Below, in pieces: positions 25,001-37,500 of a DNA stretch of 64,000 nt. Source of the stretch: Lama guanicoe (taxonomy: Eukaryota); assembly GCA_013239625.1 (NCBI GenBank), contig MU056434.1:806001-870000 (forward strand), given 5' to 3'. Each line of letters starts with the position of its first letter. The stretch's first letter is position 1. Both the position numbers and the translations under genes were made by a program. The notes under the pieces were generated by a model. It was not told the origin of the DNA. It searched no databases and saw only the letters and a program-made list of their open reading frames with translations.

Positions 25001-28000
25001 TTTCAGATCTCAGTGCCACAGGAGCCTGGCTGCTGCCTCTCACCCCTGCCTGTGCTCCAGTGAAGAGTCAGGGGGACGTGAGGATGGGGTCAAGGAGAGC
25101 CAGGGGCCCAAAAAGGCCTGGCAACCCTGCAGCATCACCCACCAGCACCCAGCTCAAGCAGCGGGATCCCAAGGTCCTAAGAGCCCCCACTGGCAAATGA
25201 CCTCAGGGAGCTAAAAATGGCGATGACTTCACCAGGGCGGGTGGGCAGGCGGGCAGGCAGGCAGTCGGGAGCGTGAGTCAGCCAGTGATCACAGGGAGGC
25301 TCGGCCCCCGTTACACATGCCTGGGCACACATGTGCAGACAGGGCCCTGGACATGCATGTGCACATACACACATGTATGTGAGCACCTGGCCCAGCCCAT
25401 GGGCCTAAGCATGTCAACCTGCAGGCTCTCCTGACAGCACCTGGTACACATATCCCCGTGATCCTGTCTTCTCCCCACATGTCCAGACTCCCTTAACCAC
25501 CCACCCAGGTGTCCGCTATGGGAGTCTCAGAGCTGGCAGATGAGGGAACCAAGGCCTAGGATAGAAGGAGCCCCAAGGTCGACCCACGGCTTGTGCCTAC
25601 ACAACACCCCCAGGGTGGGTACGTGGGGTCACTGACTGACCACCAGCACACAGTCGGTGCTCAGCAGAGGCCACTGACCAGGGTGCCTGGATTCTCAGCT
25701 GGCCTCAAGGCCCTGCTCTAGGAACCCATGTCCCATGTCCACCTACGCAGGTCAGCCTACTCTTAGAGACCCCGGCCCTGCAGCCCACATTCCCCCGGTA
25801 CCCCAGACATCAACACACCCGCAGCCCTCCAGCACATCCCAGAGCCTGCCAAGTCCTGAACTGTCTCATCAAGCTTCCTCGGCCCTGGCCTCATCCTTGC
25901 CTCTCTCACTGGGACAGCTGCCCAGCCTCCCACCACCTTCCAGGGTCCCAATCTGTCCTGTGGTGCTCCTGGTCCATAATCCCTGAGCCTGGTTCAGGAA
26001 GGGGCTGTTGTCCATGCCTGGGGTTTCCCATGAATTCCCTTGAATCTGTGGTAGGAGGTGGTGGGAGGCTGGCCCAGGGTTCCAAGTCAGGGGCTACAGT
26101 GACCAGTACCCCAGAAAGGTGGACCCAATCACCTGCCACTGCTCTCAAGAGGGTCCCCAGAGGCCCAGAGCTAGAGGGCCCTGGACCCATCACATACCAG
26201 GGCTCAGCTTCCTCATCTGGAAACAGGAAGGACCTGGGGTGTCCAGGCCATGGGACAGGTGGGAAAGTGCCCATCTTTGTGACCAGATCCAAGGTGAGGG
26301 GGTGGGCACAGAAAAATGAGATGTGGGATGAGACACAGAGGGACCACCACCTGGGCAAAAGCCCACAACAGCCTCTGGGGGTACATGTGGGAATGGTGGG
26401 AGGAGGGGACTGAGGAATCACAGCAAGTCACAACTGGTGGGGGTCTGGATAGGAGTCTCAGAGGCATGAACCCACCTGCACCGCCTGCCCTTGACAGATG
26501 CGCACCCACAGTCTGTATCATGAAGAACAACACATGGGGTGGTTGCCCAACCCTGTCCACGGCCTCAGAGGCACACACCAGGGATGCATTCAAGTGGGAT
26601 CCCACAACCCCCTGCCCAGGCCCCCAGAGAGCACGAGATGGCTTCTGCTAGACAGATGAATGGAGGGGTGGAGGAAGGCCAACCCCTCACCCAGCATGGC
26701 CATGCTGGATGGAGCCCAGGCCAGGCAAGGCAGGCATCTCCCACCAGGCAACAGTCCTTGGCCGCTACAGACACCCTTTCCCTTGCTGTCCATAGCAGTG
26801 GACCCAGCCCTGGCTGACCTGGAGTTCATCCCTCCACTGTAGCAGTCCATCTGCAAGCGCATGGTGGTCCCCCCCATTAGTAGCCAAGAGGCCAAGGGGC
26901 AGTGGGTGCCTAGCAGACTGGGGGAGCAAACTTGTGGGGGTTAGCAGGGCTGGCTGTCACCCACCGCAGCTTCCCCAAGTCCAGTCCACATCCATCAGCC
27001 ACAGTGGCCCCAGATTCCCCACCTCCCCTGAACTGGCCCCTCATCTCTGGGGAGGTAGGCACCTAGCTGTCCCGGTGGGCAGGTGTGTTGGAGATCTACC
27101 TCCCACCACTTCTTGCTCCTAAACTCAGCCTGTTTCCCGTCCTGTTAGTGGACCCCGCCCCTCTAAGCTAGAGTGCTGGCTGTCCAGGAGCCTTCTTACC
27201 CCCACCCCAGTGCTGGGAGGAAGCCCCCTCGCCGCCTCCGCACGTGTGCAGGGCCATCCCCCAGCCCTCCATCCACGTGCGCTGCCACTGCAGAGATTCC
27301 ATTAAAGCGCCGAAGCTCCTGCGCGGCCCCCGGAGCTGGGGCCTTGGGGGTGTAGGGTAGGCCTAGCCTCGCCACCCTCTCCAGACGCGGCCTCCCTCCT
27401 GCGCAGAGGGGGCGCTCGGGAAGGGCCTGCCCACCACCCGTCCCAGGCACCTGTCCCGGGCGCTGGCCACGGTGCTCCCGCCCTCCCCGGGCCGCTCCCA
27501 GCACGGCCCTGGCGGCGCACTCACTCCGCCGCCCCGCCCGACCCCGGCCCCGGGGTGCAGACAATAGCCGCCTCCAGCCGGCTGCTCCGCGAACAAAAGC
27601 GGGTCCTCCCGGCGGGCCGGCGTCCCGCCCTCCGCCGCCGGCCCCCGGGACGGTGCCCCCGCCCGGGACCAAGTTCCCTCCAACCTGTCTGAGTTCGGCC
27701 GGCATCGGGCCGAGCGCAGGGGGCGCGGGCCGGCGGCGGCGGCTAAACCGGGCTCGGCTCCAGTGCCTCGGCCGCTCGGCTCGGGCTCGGCGGACTCGCT
27801 CCCAGCGGGGCCGACCTGGCGGCGGGGCGGCTAGCGGCCAATCGGGCGGGGCGGGGCGGCTAGCAGCCAATCGGGCGGAGCCAGGCTGGGGCGGGGCGGC
27901 GAGCAGCCAATCGGGAGGCACCGCGCCCGGGCGGGGCGGGGGGGGTGAACGGCCAAGCGAGCGGGGCGGGGCTCTGCAGCCTGGGGCCGGGGTCGCCCAT

Positions 28001-31000
28001 CCGCCCCTGCCGCGGGCCGGGGCTCCGGATCTGCACCCCCGCCCTCCACCGAGGGGTGGGACTTCCCCACTGAGTACCGCCCCCGGGCGGGGCGGGGGGG
28101 GTGAACGGCCAAGCGAGCGGGGCGGGGCTCTGCAGCCTGGGGCCGGGGTCGCCCATCCGCCCCTGCCGCGGGCCGGGGCTCCGGATCTGCACCCCCGCCC
28201 TCCACCGAGGGGTGGGACTTCCCCACTGAGTCTTCCTTCCCTGGCCTCGGTTTGCCCCCAGTAAAAGAGTTCACAGCACCCTCCTGCAGTTGCGGAAAGT
28301 TCTGGCAGAGGAAGGGCAGTCCGGCCACGGGCAGCGCGCAAGGCCGCCCTGCCAGCAGAAGCTGCCCATCCTGGGTGCGACTCAGTTTCCCCTGCTGTGG
28401 AAGAGGGCCGATGCGACAGTAGTTACGGGGATGTCACTGTTGTGAGGTTTTTCGGGTCTCCCAGATCTGGCCCCAGGCCTTTGCCCACTGCCCAGCACGC
28501 ACCCCCACACAGCTCAACCAGGACCTAGCAAACTGCCCTACACTGACCCTCTTTATCCGGAATTCTCCCCACCAAGACGCAGAGGCCCAGGGGTCCCCCA
28601 TCCTGAGAGGTGTCAGAGCCGATCAAAGGGAGAGGAGAGGGCACAACTGTTGTGTGACCCTGGGCGAAAGCTTGTGGGGTCCAGCTGGCCTCAGACCCTC
28701 TCTCCTCCATATCTTTGATCTCCAGGGAAGTGGTGGCTGGAGGGAGCAGTTAGTCAGGGCTTCTCTTCCTAGAGAAGCCTGGCTTCCGCTTCCTGCCTCC
28801 CACCTGCTCCTCCCCAGACCCCATTTAGAAAACTAAGCCACCCCTGGGGCTATTCCTTTTCCAGGACATGCCATGTACACAGGCCATGCAGCCAGCATGC
28901 TCAAGCACTCTGGGTGACCACAGTATGCCCCTCTGAGCCTCAGTTTCCCATGAGTTGTCCTGACCACTGGCCTCCTGTATCTTGCATCCATGGCAGCCCT
29001 AAGAGGAGCCACCTGGGGCAGGAGCAGAAGACTGTACCACTGTCCTGAGGGAACTTGCCCTGGATGCTTACATGTGAGTCCTTTCTGTCTTCTCCCAAAT
29101 TTCACCAGCTGCTAGTGCCCCAGCCACTTACCCATCTTGGCCTAGTCTAGAGCTGGTTAGGTCCCTAAAGGTGTCCCCACCCCTACCCCACCCTCACGCA
29201 CACACATACAGTGGGTGAGGACCAGCCCTGCTCCAGGTATCTGGAGGGGGGCCCCTTCTGCTGGAGGATGAAGGGCAGGTAGCCAGGACCGTGGTGCAGC
29301 CTAGGGCACACAGCAGCAGGACCCCCACCACCCAGCCTTCCAATCCCTGCCTTGCCACCAGCCTCCAAGCTTCACGACCCTGGCTCTGACACCCAGGACC
29401 AGGTCCAGGGAGCCCTGGCTCACAGGTGGGTAACCAAGCACCTCATGCTGAGATGAGTCTGAGAAGCAGGTCTGACATAAAGGCTGCCAGGCCTGGCTAG
29501 CTGGATGTGGCCCTGACATCCCAGTGTCCCCATCAGCCCTGTCAATCCAGCCACAGCCCTGGGAAAACACTCCCTCTGATCTCAGCCTGAGAAACCATCT
29601 CCTCTCAAAAGAAAGAACACCAAGGGCAGGCCTGGAGGTCCTTGGGTGGGGAGGGGCAGTGGGCGGGGAGGGTGGTGGCCTGATCTTCAGGCCAAAGCCC
29701 TCAGGAGGCCAGGGCAGTTCCAGGCGATGGGAACATCTCCCTGAAGGGGTTTTGACCCTCATCAGTGCCCTTTGGGCTGGAGGCCAGAGCCCCTTCCGGC
29801 CTGGGAGGGCTGGAAAGAGTGCCTGGCGCCTGAAGGGTGGCCTCAGGGTCATGGGCTGCCACTATCCCCATGTGGCTCAGCCAGCTGTTCTGCTCCCCGC
29901 CAAGTCTGGGGGGCAGGCCTCACCCCTTGGAGTGCCTGAGGTCCAGGGGGCCACAGGGGTGGACTTCGTATCCAGGCCCACCTAGCCTCAGTTCCAGCCT
30001 CCCATGAACTGGCTGTGCGGACACCTCAGCACCAGTGGGCTTGAGAAGACAGCCATCCAATGGTGGGGGCTGCCAGTGTGTCTGGGCCCTCAGGAGACAT
30101 GTCTCTGGCTCTGACTGTGCACCAAGCTGGGCTGTGCGTGTGGGTCGCCCACTGGCTGATGAAGCCATCAAGGCTGGGGGCAATCACAGGCCAGGTCCCC
30201 CAGCCTGACACAGTCAGCTGCTTCTAAGCCCCACACACCCAGGTGAGGCGAGGCTAGTCCACGGGGCCTATCTCAGCCGAGACCAGCAGCTTGCTCCCCT
30301 TCTCTCCAGCCACAGAGGCGCAAGCTGCCCTCAAGCCTCCAGCACGTGGATGCCGGGCCCACACAGCCAGCGGCCTGATGCCCTGGAGAAGGGAGGGTGT
30401 CTATGTGCAGGAAGAGATCCGGCTCCCAGGTTTAGGTGGGCAACACTGCTGCCCATGCCCAGGGAGCCAAAGACACCGCTGGGGGCCCTAGGGTCATGCT
30501 ACAAGAAGCCCAGGGGACTCCGTAGGCCGCAGTGCCCCCAGGCCTCTGAGCCTGGCTGTGAGGACATGCAAGGTGGACCCCAACCCAGAGCCCTCCCCTC
30601 CTCTCAGCTCCTGAGACAGGGACAGCTCTGCCTTGCTCGTGCCCTGCCCTGAGCCTCAGTCAACCACAGGAACCCCAACAATCACACAAACTCCAGGCAC
30701 CAGCACTCCCACCTTCTGCCCCTCGCACCCATCGAACCAGGGGCTGGTCACTCCATCTGCACGTTAGGCAAGGGATACAGTGGATGTGGGGCGGAGCCCA
30801 AGAGGCCTAACCCGACCCTACATCCAACTTCAGAGGTCTCAGGGTCTGGCCACAGAGCAGACAGGGCCCACACCTCCTGGGGCTGAGCTGGGCAATGGCC
30901 AGTCACCTTCTGGGCTGCAGGTTGAGCCCAGGCCTTGCTGGAGCCATCCCCAAGCCTTCCCCTGGGCCTGACTCTCTGACTAACACCTGCAGTGAAGGCA

Positions 31001-31521
31001 GGGAGACTCCATGGAAGCAGAACCTTCAGTGTCACCAGGCTGACTGCTGAGAACAGACCCTGCCCAGCTGCCTGGTCCCTGAGGGCTCACTCAGGTAGAC
31101 AGTTCTATTCTGAGGCTTAGGCTGTGTCCTGCAGCACAGCCCCGAGGGGGACTCCTAGTCCCTTTGGGGTCCCACTTTCCTCCTCTCCTCTGAAGCCCCA
31201 GGAGGTCTTGCAATAAACCACTGCATGCTGGCTTGTGGTCCACTTGGGCCCCTTGATTGCTTCCCCACTTGACCACACATTTTCACCCTTCCTGAGTCAC
31301 TAGGCTGTTACCTGTAGGACAAGCTGTTGCCAGGCCATCGGCAGGGGCTGCCCACTGCCCATGCCACCACTGCCCACACCAGGCTGCTGGGCACGCTCCA
31401 GCTGCAGGGCCACATGGCGCCGCTCCTGCTCCAGCGCCCGAGTCAGCCGCTCGAAGCGTGCCTCCTGCTCCTTCACCGAGGCCAGGATGCTGGCAGCCGA
31501 GTGCACACTGCAGTCCTCCAT
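12979..31521 (-). CDS. ARVCF: ARVCF delta-catenin (p120 family armadillo-repeat protein), 960 aa; complement(join(12979..13086,13637..13722,14081..14134,14407..14497,14592..14703,14794..14992,15096..15246,15455..15582,16815..16886,17887..17904,18479..18650,18978..19095,19795..19978,20580..21079,21986..22506,22652..22810,31312..31521))
   Basis: N-terminal coiled coil [28 protein letters not shown]; ARM repeats [51 protein letters not shown]; C-terminal PDZ ligand DSWV; 17 exons GT-AG summing to 2883 nt. Confidence 0.97.
13637..13722 (-). CDS. ARVCF: ARVCF coding exon
   Basis: [29 protein letters not shown]; ctcag|...|gtaagt. Confidence 0.93.
14081..14134 (-). CDS. ARVCF: ARVCF coding exon
   Basis: [18 protein letters not shown]; ttgcag|...|gtgagt; 54 nt. 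Confidence 0.92.
14407..14497 (-). CDS. ARVCF: ARVCF coding exon
   Basis: [30 protein letters not shown]; ccacag|...|gtgagc. Confidence 0.93.
14592..14703 (-). CDS. ARVCF: ARVCF coding exon
   Basis: [37 protein letters not shown]; ctgcag|...|gtgagg. Confidence 0.94.
14794..14992 (-). CDS. ARVCF: ARVCF coding exon
   Basis: [12 protein letters not shown]...[17 protein letters not shown]; ccacag|...|gtgggt. Confidence 0.94.
15096..15246 (-). CDS. ARVCF: ARVCF coding exon
   Basis: [22 protein letters not shown]...NKDLI; cacag|...|gtgagg. Confidence 0.95.
15455..15582 (-). CDS. ARVCF: ARVCF coding exon
   Basis: [17 protein letters not shown]...[11 protein letters not shown]; cccag|...|gtgaga. 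Confidence 0.94.
16815..16886 (-). CDS. ARVCF: ARVCF coding exon
   Basis: [23 protein letters not shown]; ttccag|...|gtgagt. Confidence 0.94.
17887..17904 (-). CDS. ARVCF: ARVCF 18-nt microexon (EEWFHQ)
   Basis: cccag|AAGAGTGGTTCCATCAAG|gtgagt; phase 1-1, frame-preserving. Confidence 0.88.
18479..18650 (-). CDS. ARVCF: ARVCF coding exon
   Basis: [22 protein letters not shown]...CFGGKKAK; ccgcag|...|gtgtgt. Confidence 0.95.
18978..19095 (-). CDS. ARVCF: ARVCF coding exon
   Basis: [24 protein letters not shown]...TDNK; cccag|...|gtgggt. Confidence 0.95.
19795..19978 (-). CDS. ARVCF: ARVCF coding exon
   Basis: [20 protein letters not shown]...FKNTSGCL; ctgcag|...|gtgtgg. Confidence 0.95.
20580..21079 (-). 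CDS. ARVCF: ARVCF coding exon (start of ARM domain)
   Basis: [11 protein letters not shown]...WRDPELPEV...EVRELVT; 500 nt; gcacag|...|gtgagg. Confidence 0.96.
21986..22506 (-). CDS. ARVCF: ARVCF coding exon
   Basis: [24 protein letters not shown]...; 521 nt; aaccag|...|gtgagg. Confidence 0.95.
22652..22810 (-). CDS. ARVCF: ARVCF coding exon
   Basis: [29 protein letters not shown]...TETK; gctcag|...|gtacgc. Confidence 0.95.
27685..27705 (-). CDS. ARVCF: ARVCF alternative first coding exon (MPAELRQ), short isoform lacking the coiled coil
   Basis: ATG CCG GCC GAA CTC AGA CAG|gttgga inside a CpG island; phase 0 matches acceptor at 22810; matches recalled short ARVCF isoform N-terminus MPAELR. 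Confidence 0.8.
27920..28231. repeat. 156-bp direct tandem duplication (27920-28075 / 28076-28231)
   Basis: Two adjacent copies; only one mismatch seen (27925 g vs 28081 c). Confidence 0.95.
31312..31521 (-). CDS. ARVCF: ARVCF first coding exon of long isoform (exon begins 31539)
   Basis: cctgcag|ccagccagcatcctggtcATG GAG GAC...CTACAG|gtaaca; [20 protein letters not shown]. Confidence 0.96.
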
Positions 31522-34500
31522 GACCAGGATGCTGGCTGGCTGCAGGCAAAGCAGAGCAAGGCCAGGGTGGGGCCAGGGCGGAGGCCCTCCGCCCACCCTA
31601 CTCACAGATCTTACGATTCACTCCCAGACCAGAGCATCCAGCCCTCTGGAGAGAAGCCACATTGATTAAATCCTAAATTAAAAGCCATTAATCCAAGGCT
31701 GGCCGGAAGCAGCAGGCTCCCTCCCTGTGGCGTGTGGAGCTCTGACCCAGGCTCCCTGCTTCCTGTGGGGCCCAGCAGAGCCCCAGACCATGACAGCTAG
31801 GAAAACCAACGCCCAGGGAGGGAAGAGGCCAGTGTGGGGGAGGGTCCCACAGCTGTCCACAAGAGAGCAGACCCCGGGGCTGGGGCCCCAGCTCTGTCTG
31901 CCTGAGGATGGAGGCACCAAGCCGGCAGGCCGAAGCCTCATGCCCTTGGTGGCCTGGAGGGCAGCACTGGGGTGGCTGGGAGACAGGCCACTGACACCTT
32001 CTGGGGGGGGTCATCCAGAAGCAGGGAAGACCTAGGCCCATTCCCCGACACGGTGCCATTCGTGGGTCCCCAGTGCCCCAGAGGATAAATTTTCTGATGG
32101 CAACTGAAAACGCTATTTTTATATTAAAAGCAATAAATATGAGATAACATGGAAGGCAAAATATGCATGAACTTTTAAGACAGATCATGAGACTTCAAAG
32201 ATGATGGGGCAGAGGTAAGCTCAGACTCACTTCTGCTGTGGCCATTGGGGGCCTGGGGCTGGCAGAGCCATGTGCAGGACCTCAGTGACCCTCACTCTCC
32301 TTCCTGGCAGATGCCTTCACAGCCTCTATTCCCTGTCAGGGCCCCACGCTGCCTGCTGGGCTGACCCCTCGCCCCTACCCAGACCCCAGCCTGACTTCCT
32401 GAGCCCTCACCACACTCGTCTGTCACCCGCGGAGTGGATTTAGCAAGAAGACAGAGATGAGCCTCGCCTATCCTGGGGCAGGGGTCCAGGCCTGGGCACC
32501 CCAGGAGTGGACAGGTGGATGGACTGGTGAGTGGATGGAGGATGAAGGGTAGGAGGCCGGTGAGGGGGTGCTTGTGGGAGGGGGTGGGTGGGCACATGGG
32601 CAGCGGGCGGGGGGAAGAACGGGAGGCCAGCGGAGGATGAGTGAATGGACAGTTAGGTGGATGGAAGGGAGGGCAGGAACGAGGCTGTGAAACAGTCCTG
32701 GAAAGAGGGAGCTCCTGGGGGCACTGCTATGGCCAATGCTCGCTCCCCCAGGAAAGCGCAGGCACCTCGGAGGAGCTGGGGAGACGCTGACCCTCCCCTG
32801 AAACCCTGCCCACACTTGACGACTTCCTGCTGAACCAGACATTCCTCCTCAGAAGGAGTCCGGCCAAACCCAGCTCCAGAAAATCAAATTATGGGGACCG
32901 AGTCCAATCTGGGTTGAGGAATTAGAGGAATTTCCTAAGGGTCAGGCCGGCAGGGGAGGCAGGGGGAGGCCTGGGCTCCAGAGCTGACCCTCCACGGCCA
33001 TCTGTGGGCACACCGCCCACTGTGCCTGTCCTCCACTAGGGAAGGGAGGGGACTGGCTGCGAGCTGAGCCCCCTTCACACACCAGACCCCCAGCCCACTG
33101 GACGAGGAGATGGTGCAGGAGCAGAACCCAGGCCCAGGGGCATGGGAGCCCACCCTTCTGGGAGGGCACCAAGTCCCCCTGTGCTGCCAGCATAGAGACC
33201 TGCTCCCCACACCACTGACCAGGCCTGGAGAGGGCTCATCTTCACCCCGTCAGCCCTGCTGTGGTCAGACAATGCCCACGGCCGTGGGGGTAGTTTCTGG
33301 CTGAGCCCACAAGGACGGGCACTGGGCCAAGGCTGGGGGCAGGGCCGCAGCCAGAGGCCTGGGGTGTGGGGTTCCCACTGAGTGGGGTGCATCCATTCAT
33401 CCCAGCCAGGACTGCAGGGTCACCCACAGTCAGTGTAGGGCCTGGGGGACTAGACAGGAAGGGTCTGTTCTCGACCATAAAGCAGTGGAAGAAACCGCCA
33501 AGGAAAAAGGGCCAGATCGCCTCTGTGAGAATGAAATATTTCTGAACATCCCAAAAGGACCACATGTTGTGGTCGTGGCTTCTGCTTTTCACATGGAGCG
33601 AGCGCTTCAGACGAAAGACAAGCGTGACCGCACCTCTAGACTCGACTCCGACCACAGGAGCCTGCTGGCACGTGGGCACACGTCACACTACTCTACTGTT
33701 GTACATTTATAATTTTCCATGATGGAAAGTAGGAGAAAAAGACAAAAAAAACAAAATACCATCAACACACTGGGATCAATTCTTTACAGTATCTGGCAGA
33801 AAAGTGACATCCTTCATCTATAAAGTGCTCTTACGAGTCAGTAGGAAAAACCAAACCCCAACTCTAGGTGGGCAAAGGTCATAAGCAAGGTGTGTGGTCC
33901 AGAGGGTGAGGTGCAAAGGATGAGTGTGGAAAGAGTCAACATGTATGCACGCACACGTGTGTCACACACACAGAGTGGAAGGAGGGTGTGGCCGCGCAGC
34001 AGTGCTCTGGGTGGAGGGCCCCAGCCTTCAGGCTGCAGCAGGTCCAGGGTTCTGCACATGCCAGTGTTCTAGCTGCACGAGCTACTGCTGTAGCCAGAAT
34101 GTAGGTGACACGGGAGAGCAGACATCTGCCCAGCAGGCCAGGCAAGGGACTGTGAGGCCAGGAAACTCTCCCAGGGGCCTGGGTGGTGCCATTGCCACCA
34201 GAGGGGAGCAGCAGGGTTTCACAGAGCTGGGAGAACTGTAATTGAATTCAGCCTGGAAATGAGAATTCCCCAGCGCAAGAGGGACCCCTGTAGCACCTGG
34301 ATCAGACACCGTGGAGGTGGGGGATGGACAGAAGTGGTCACTCAGTGACCCCCTCCTGCCCCCAAACTGTTCCCATGGACTCCCAGCAGCACTCGCTGAC
34401 CACAGAGAGGATGACTGTCCTGTGCAGGGGCGGTACGGTTTGTTTTCCCAAAGGGCTCCTGCCCTGCACTGCTGGGGCCCCCTAGGCCAAGGGTGAGCCA

Positions 34501-37500
34501 TGTCCAAGGCAGCCCTGATCAGCCCCAGGGCAGGGGGCTGCTAGACTGGTGGTCCAGGGGGACCAGGGGCTGTGGGGTGCTGATGCAGGAGGCTCAGGGT
34601 CAGGTCAAGGCAGGGACACGTCTGGGGCCCATGGAGCCTGAAGTCTGGGGAGCCAAGAGCCTGGGTCCGGGGCCAGGGAGCACCCAGGGACCTGCAGGCT
34701 GAATACGGCAAAGGCAGGCCTCACCCTGGCGGAAGGGTGGGCTGGGTGGAGATGAGCATCCCAGCTGCGGCCCCTCTCCAGGGGGAGGCCTGCGCCACCA
34801 TTGGCCCATAAAGGGTCTCCGTTTGAGATTTCTGCTGGGGCAGATCACAGACTCTTTCTCCCTCTGCTGACTGCGGCATACCCGTCTTCTGGGTATGCCT
34901 GGGTTCCCTGGGGCCCACCTTTCTGGGCAGATTCGTGGGATGGGGATGGACAGCAGTCCTCCAGGCCCTAGGCTGGGACTCCCGGCAGCCTCCTCGCTGC
35001 CCCTCCTGCACCTGACCCAGATTCCAGCTGCAGCCGCAGCCCATGGGCGATGCCCAGCAGGCTCCAAGTGTGGGGTCTGGGCAGGGAGGACCCACCTCCT
35101 CTGTGGTCTCTGCAGCAGCCAGCCCAGGGGCACCCCAAGGGCTCCAGCAGGGAGAACTGGGGCTGGCAGTCACAGAGCTCTCTGGTGGCACAAGCAGCCC
35201 ACCTGCTCCAGCCAGACCATGAGAGGGGAGCTTGTGGGGGTAAGAGGACCCACTACGTGGGGTGGGCTGGCCCGCTGCCTCCTCCAGGCTGCTCCTAGGA
35301 ACGTGGCCACCCCGGCCCCCCATTCTACCTCGGGGACAGCAGAGCAACATGTGGGGAGTTCTAGGGGCCCAGGCTCAGAGCCCCGCCCCACCGCACTCTA
35401 GGGAGGGCACATGAGGCATTCCTGGGGAGGGGCCTGAGGCTCACAGCCAGGCTGGGGCCAAACCCAGTGGATCCACCTGGCACCAGGGCCCGAGAGCCCA
35501 GGTCCTACCTATCCAGGAAGGAGCCAAGAGGCCCATGAGCCCCTGAGGGCCCCACAGAAGCACAGCCGGGCCAGTTATCTGGCCGGGCCAAGGGCCACCG
35601 GCCTGTGTGCACCAAGAAAGGAACACCCTTTCTCCTCAAGACGCTGGACCCCTTCTTCCCAGGCTCCCTCTGTCACCATGGCAACACCCAAGCTTCTCTG
35701 GGAGGGACAGAGCCTCTTTGTGGTGGCACAAAGCCCCTTTGAGGGGCGGTGGGGTTCAGCCCCTGGGAGTCTGTGGCCAGTAAGTCTCTGGGGGGTAAGG
35801 CAGGGCTCCTCAGCCCAGCCCCCACCAAGGTGGCAGAACCAAGGAAGCTGAAGCAGGACAGCCTGGTGGTTAGGGGCTGAGACCCTGATCCCAGGTACCA
35901 CCTGCCTGGCTTCCATGGAAGTGTCCCTGGGATGAGCCAGGGCCCCCAGGGGAGCTTGTCTGCGGAGGCCTGGGGACGTCCCAGGGTCTTCCCACGGTTT
36001 TGACAAGAACCAGCTCAGTCTGGACAAGTGGAAGAGGCACTGGCTGCGGGGGAAACTCCCTGCCGATGGGAAACCGGGCTGGGGACCCAGCGGGAAGCGG
36101 CACAGGGAGACTTCAGTGGGCTGGCGGGTCAGACAGTGGGGGCTGGGGACCAGGTCTGCTGGGGGACTGCCCTCGCGTCTGAGCCCAGCCCACTCACAGC
36201 CTTCCCTGTCACAGGGGCTCCCCTCTCTGCCCCCCTGCCCTGGAGGAATGCAGCTGCCCAGCTGGGTGGCCTGGGACAGCCTTGCTGCAGCCACCACCTG
36301 GGGACAGACTTGGACAAGAGGGAAACTCTCTACAGCCTGGCTTGCTTCAGGGGTGGGGAGATGGGACCCCGAGGGCAATGTGGGTCCTGAGCATGGTGAC
36401 AGGGACTCAGTGCAAAGCCGCCTCTTTTACCCCAGCGCATTGCCCCATTAACACCCCCGCCTTGTGGTCAGGGAAGCTCACCCCATCCCTGAGCCCCCCC
36501 TGTCCCAGTCTGCGGGTCCTGCCACTGCTGACCATGCACTTGGCAGCGCCCCGACATGCTGGGCGCCCTGCCCGGGCAGCCCTCCCAGTGACCTCCGTCT
36601 GACCCACTGGAGCTTTGTTACCCGAGCCCCCAGAGTGGGGGTCATGGCCCCCGGGCAGCAGCATGGGGCAGAGGGGCCCCAGGAGAGATCTAGCCTTTTG
36701 TGGGCAGATCCATGCAGGGCCCGGGGGGCTGTCAAGGGGCCAACCTTGCCACAGCAGCACCCCCCATGGTCAGCAGGCAAGGGCCCCTGCACCCTGCAGG
36801 GCCCCCCTCCCCCTCCCGCCTGCTCCCCACCGGCATTCCTGGGAGCTGCTGACACTTCTGGGCACAGGGACCTGCCTGCACAGACCGTGGTCAGCAATAG
36901 AGGGTCACCTCCCACAGCCCTGGGGGAGGGGCTCCCAACAGAGACAGCCCGCGGCCTCGCTGTCCAGAAGGAGGTTCCCTGGTAAGTGGGAAACTGGTCA
37001 CTTGTTCCCTGGTCGGGAACACACTGGGGCCCAAGCAGGGAGACTCCCTGTGGGCACAGTGCCCAAGCCCAGGGGGGTGACAGGTGTCAGGAAGACCCTC
37101 CAGCTGCCATGGGCAGAGGCAGGGTGGCTGTGGCCACCTGTCCCTGGATGGATCAAAGGTGAGTGTGGGTGAGAGACCAGAGCATGTCCTGGGGAAGGAG
37201 GTTCCGGGCCCTTCCAGCCTCCCTCCCGGCCCACAGCATCACAGGGCCAGCTCCCCTCTGGTCTGCCCCTGCCCAGGGTCCCATGTGGCCTCCAGCCAGC
37301 AGTGGCTCCTCCCAGGCTCCTAGGGCCTCCCACTCCCTCCCAGAAGCTGAACTGGGCACCAATCCCTCTGTTCCTGACCGCTTCCCTTGCCTGGGAGCCA
37401 GCTTGGGCCTCCAGAAGCCAGGAGTGCCCATAGCAACAGGTCCAGACACCACCAGCCTCCAGCAGACAGCAAAGTCCCGCCTTTTATATGCAAATAACCC

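Larger units (their letters stand above)
27380..28350 (-). promoter_or_regulatory. ARVCF: Intragenic CpG-island promoter of ARVCF short isoform with GC-box/CCAAT modules
   Basis: Very high CpG density; CCAAT at 27838, 27867, 27907, each preceded by GGCGGGGCGG. Confidence 0.8.

Noticed and set aside
25310-25420. CA/TG-rich quasi-palindromic tract
   Set aside because: Ordinary alternating purine-pyrimidine low-complexity sequence; self-complementarity is expected by chance.
27196-28341. 381-aa ORF with an internal 52-aa repeat
   Set aside because: Read-through of a CpG island plus the 156-bp duplication; only MPAELRQ is plausibly coding.
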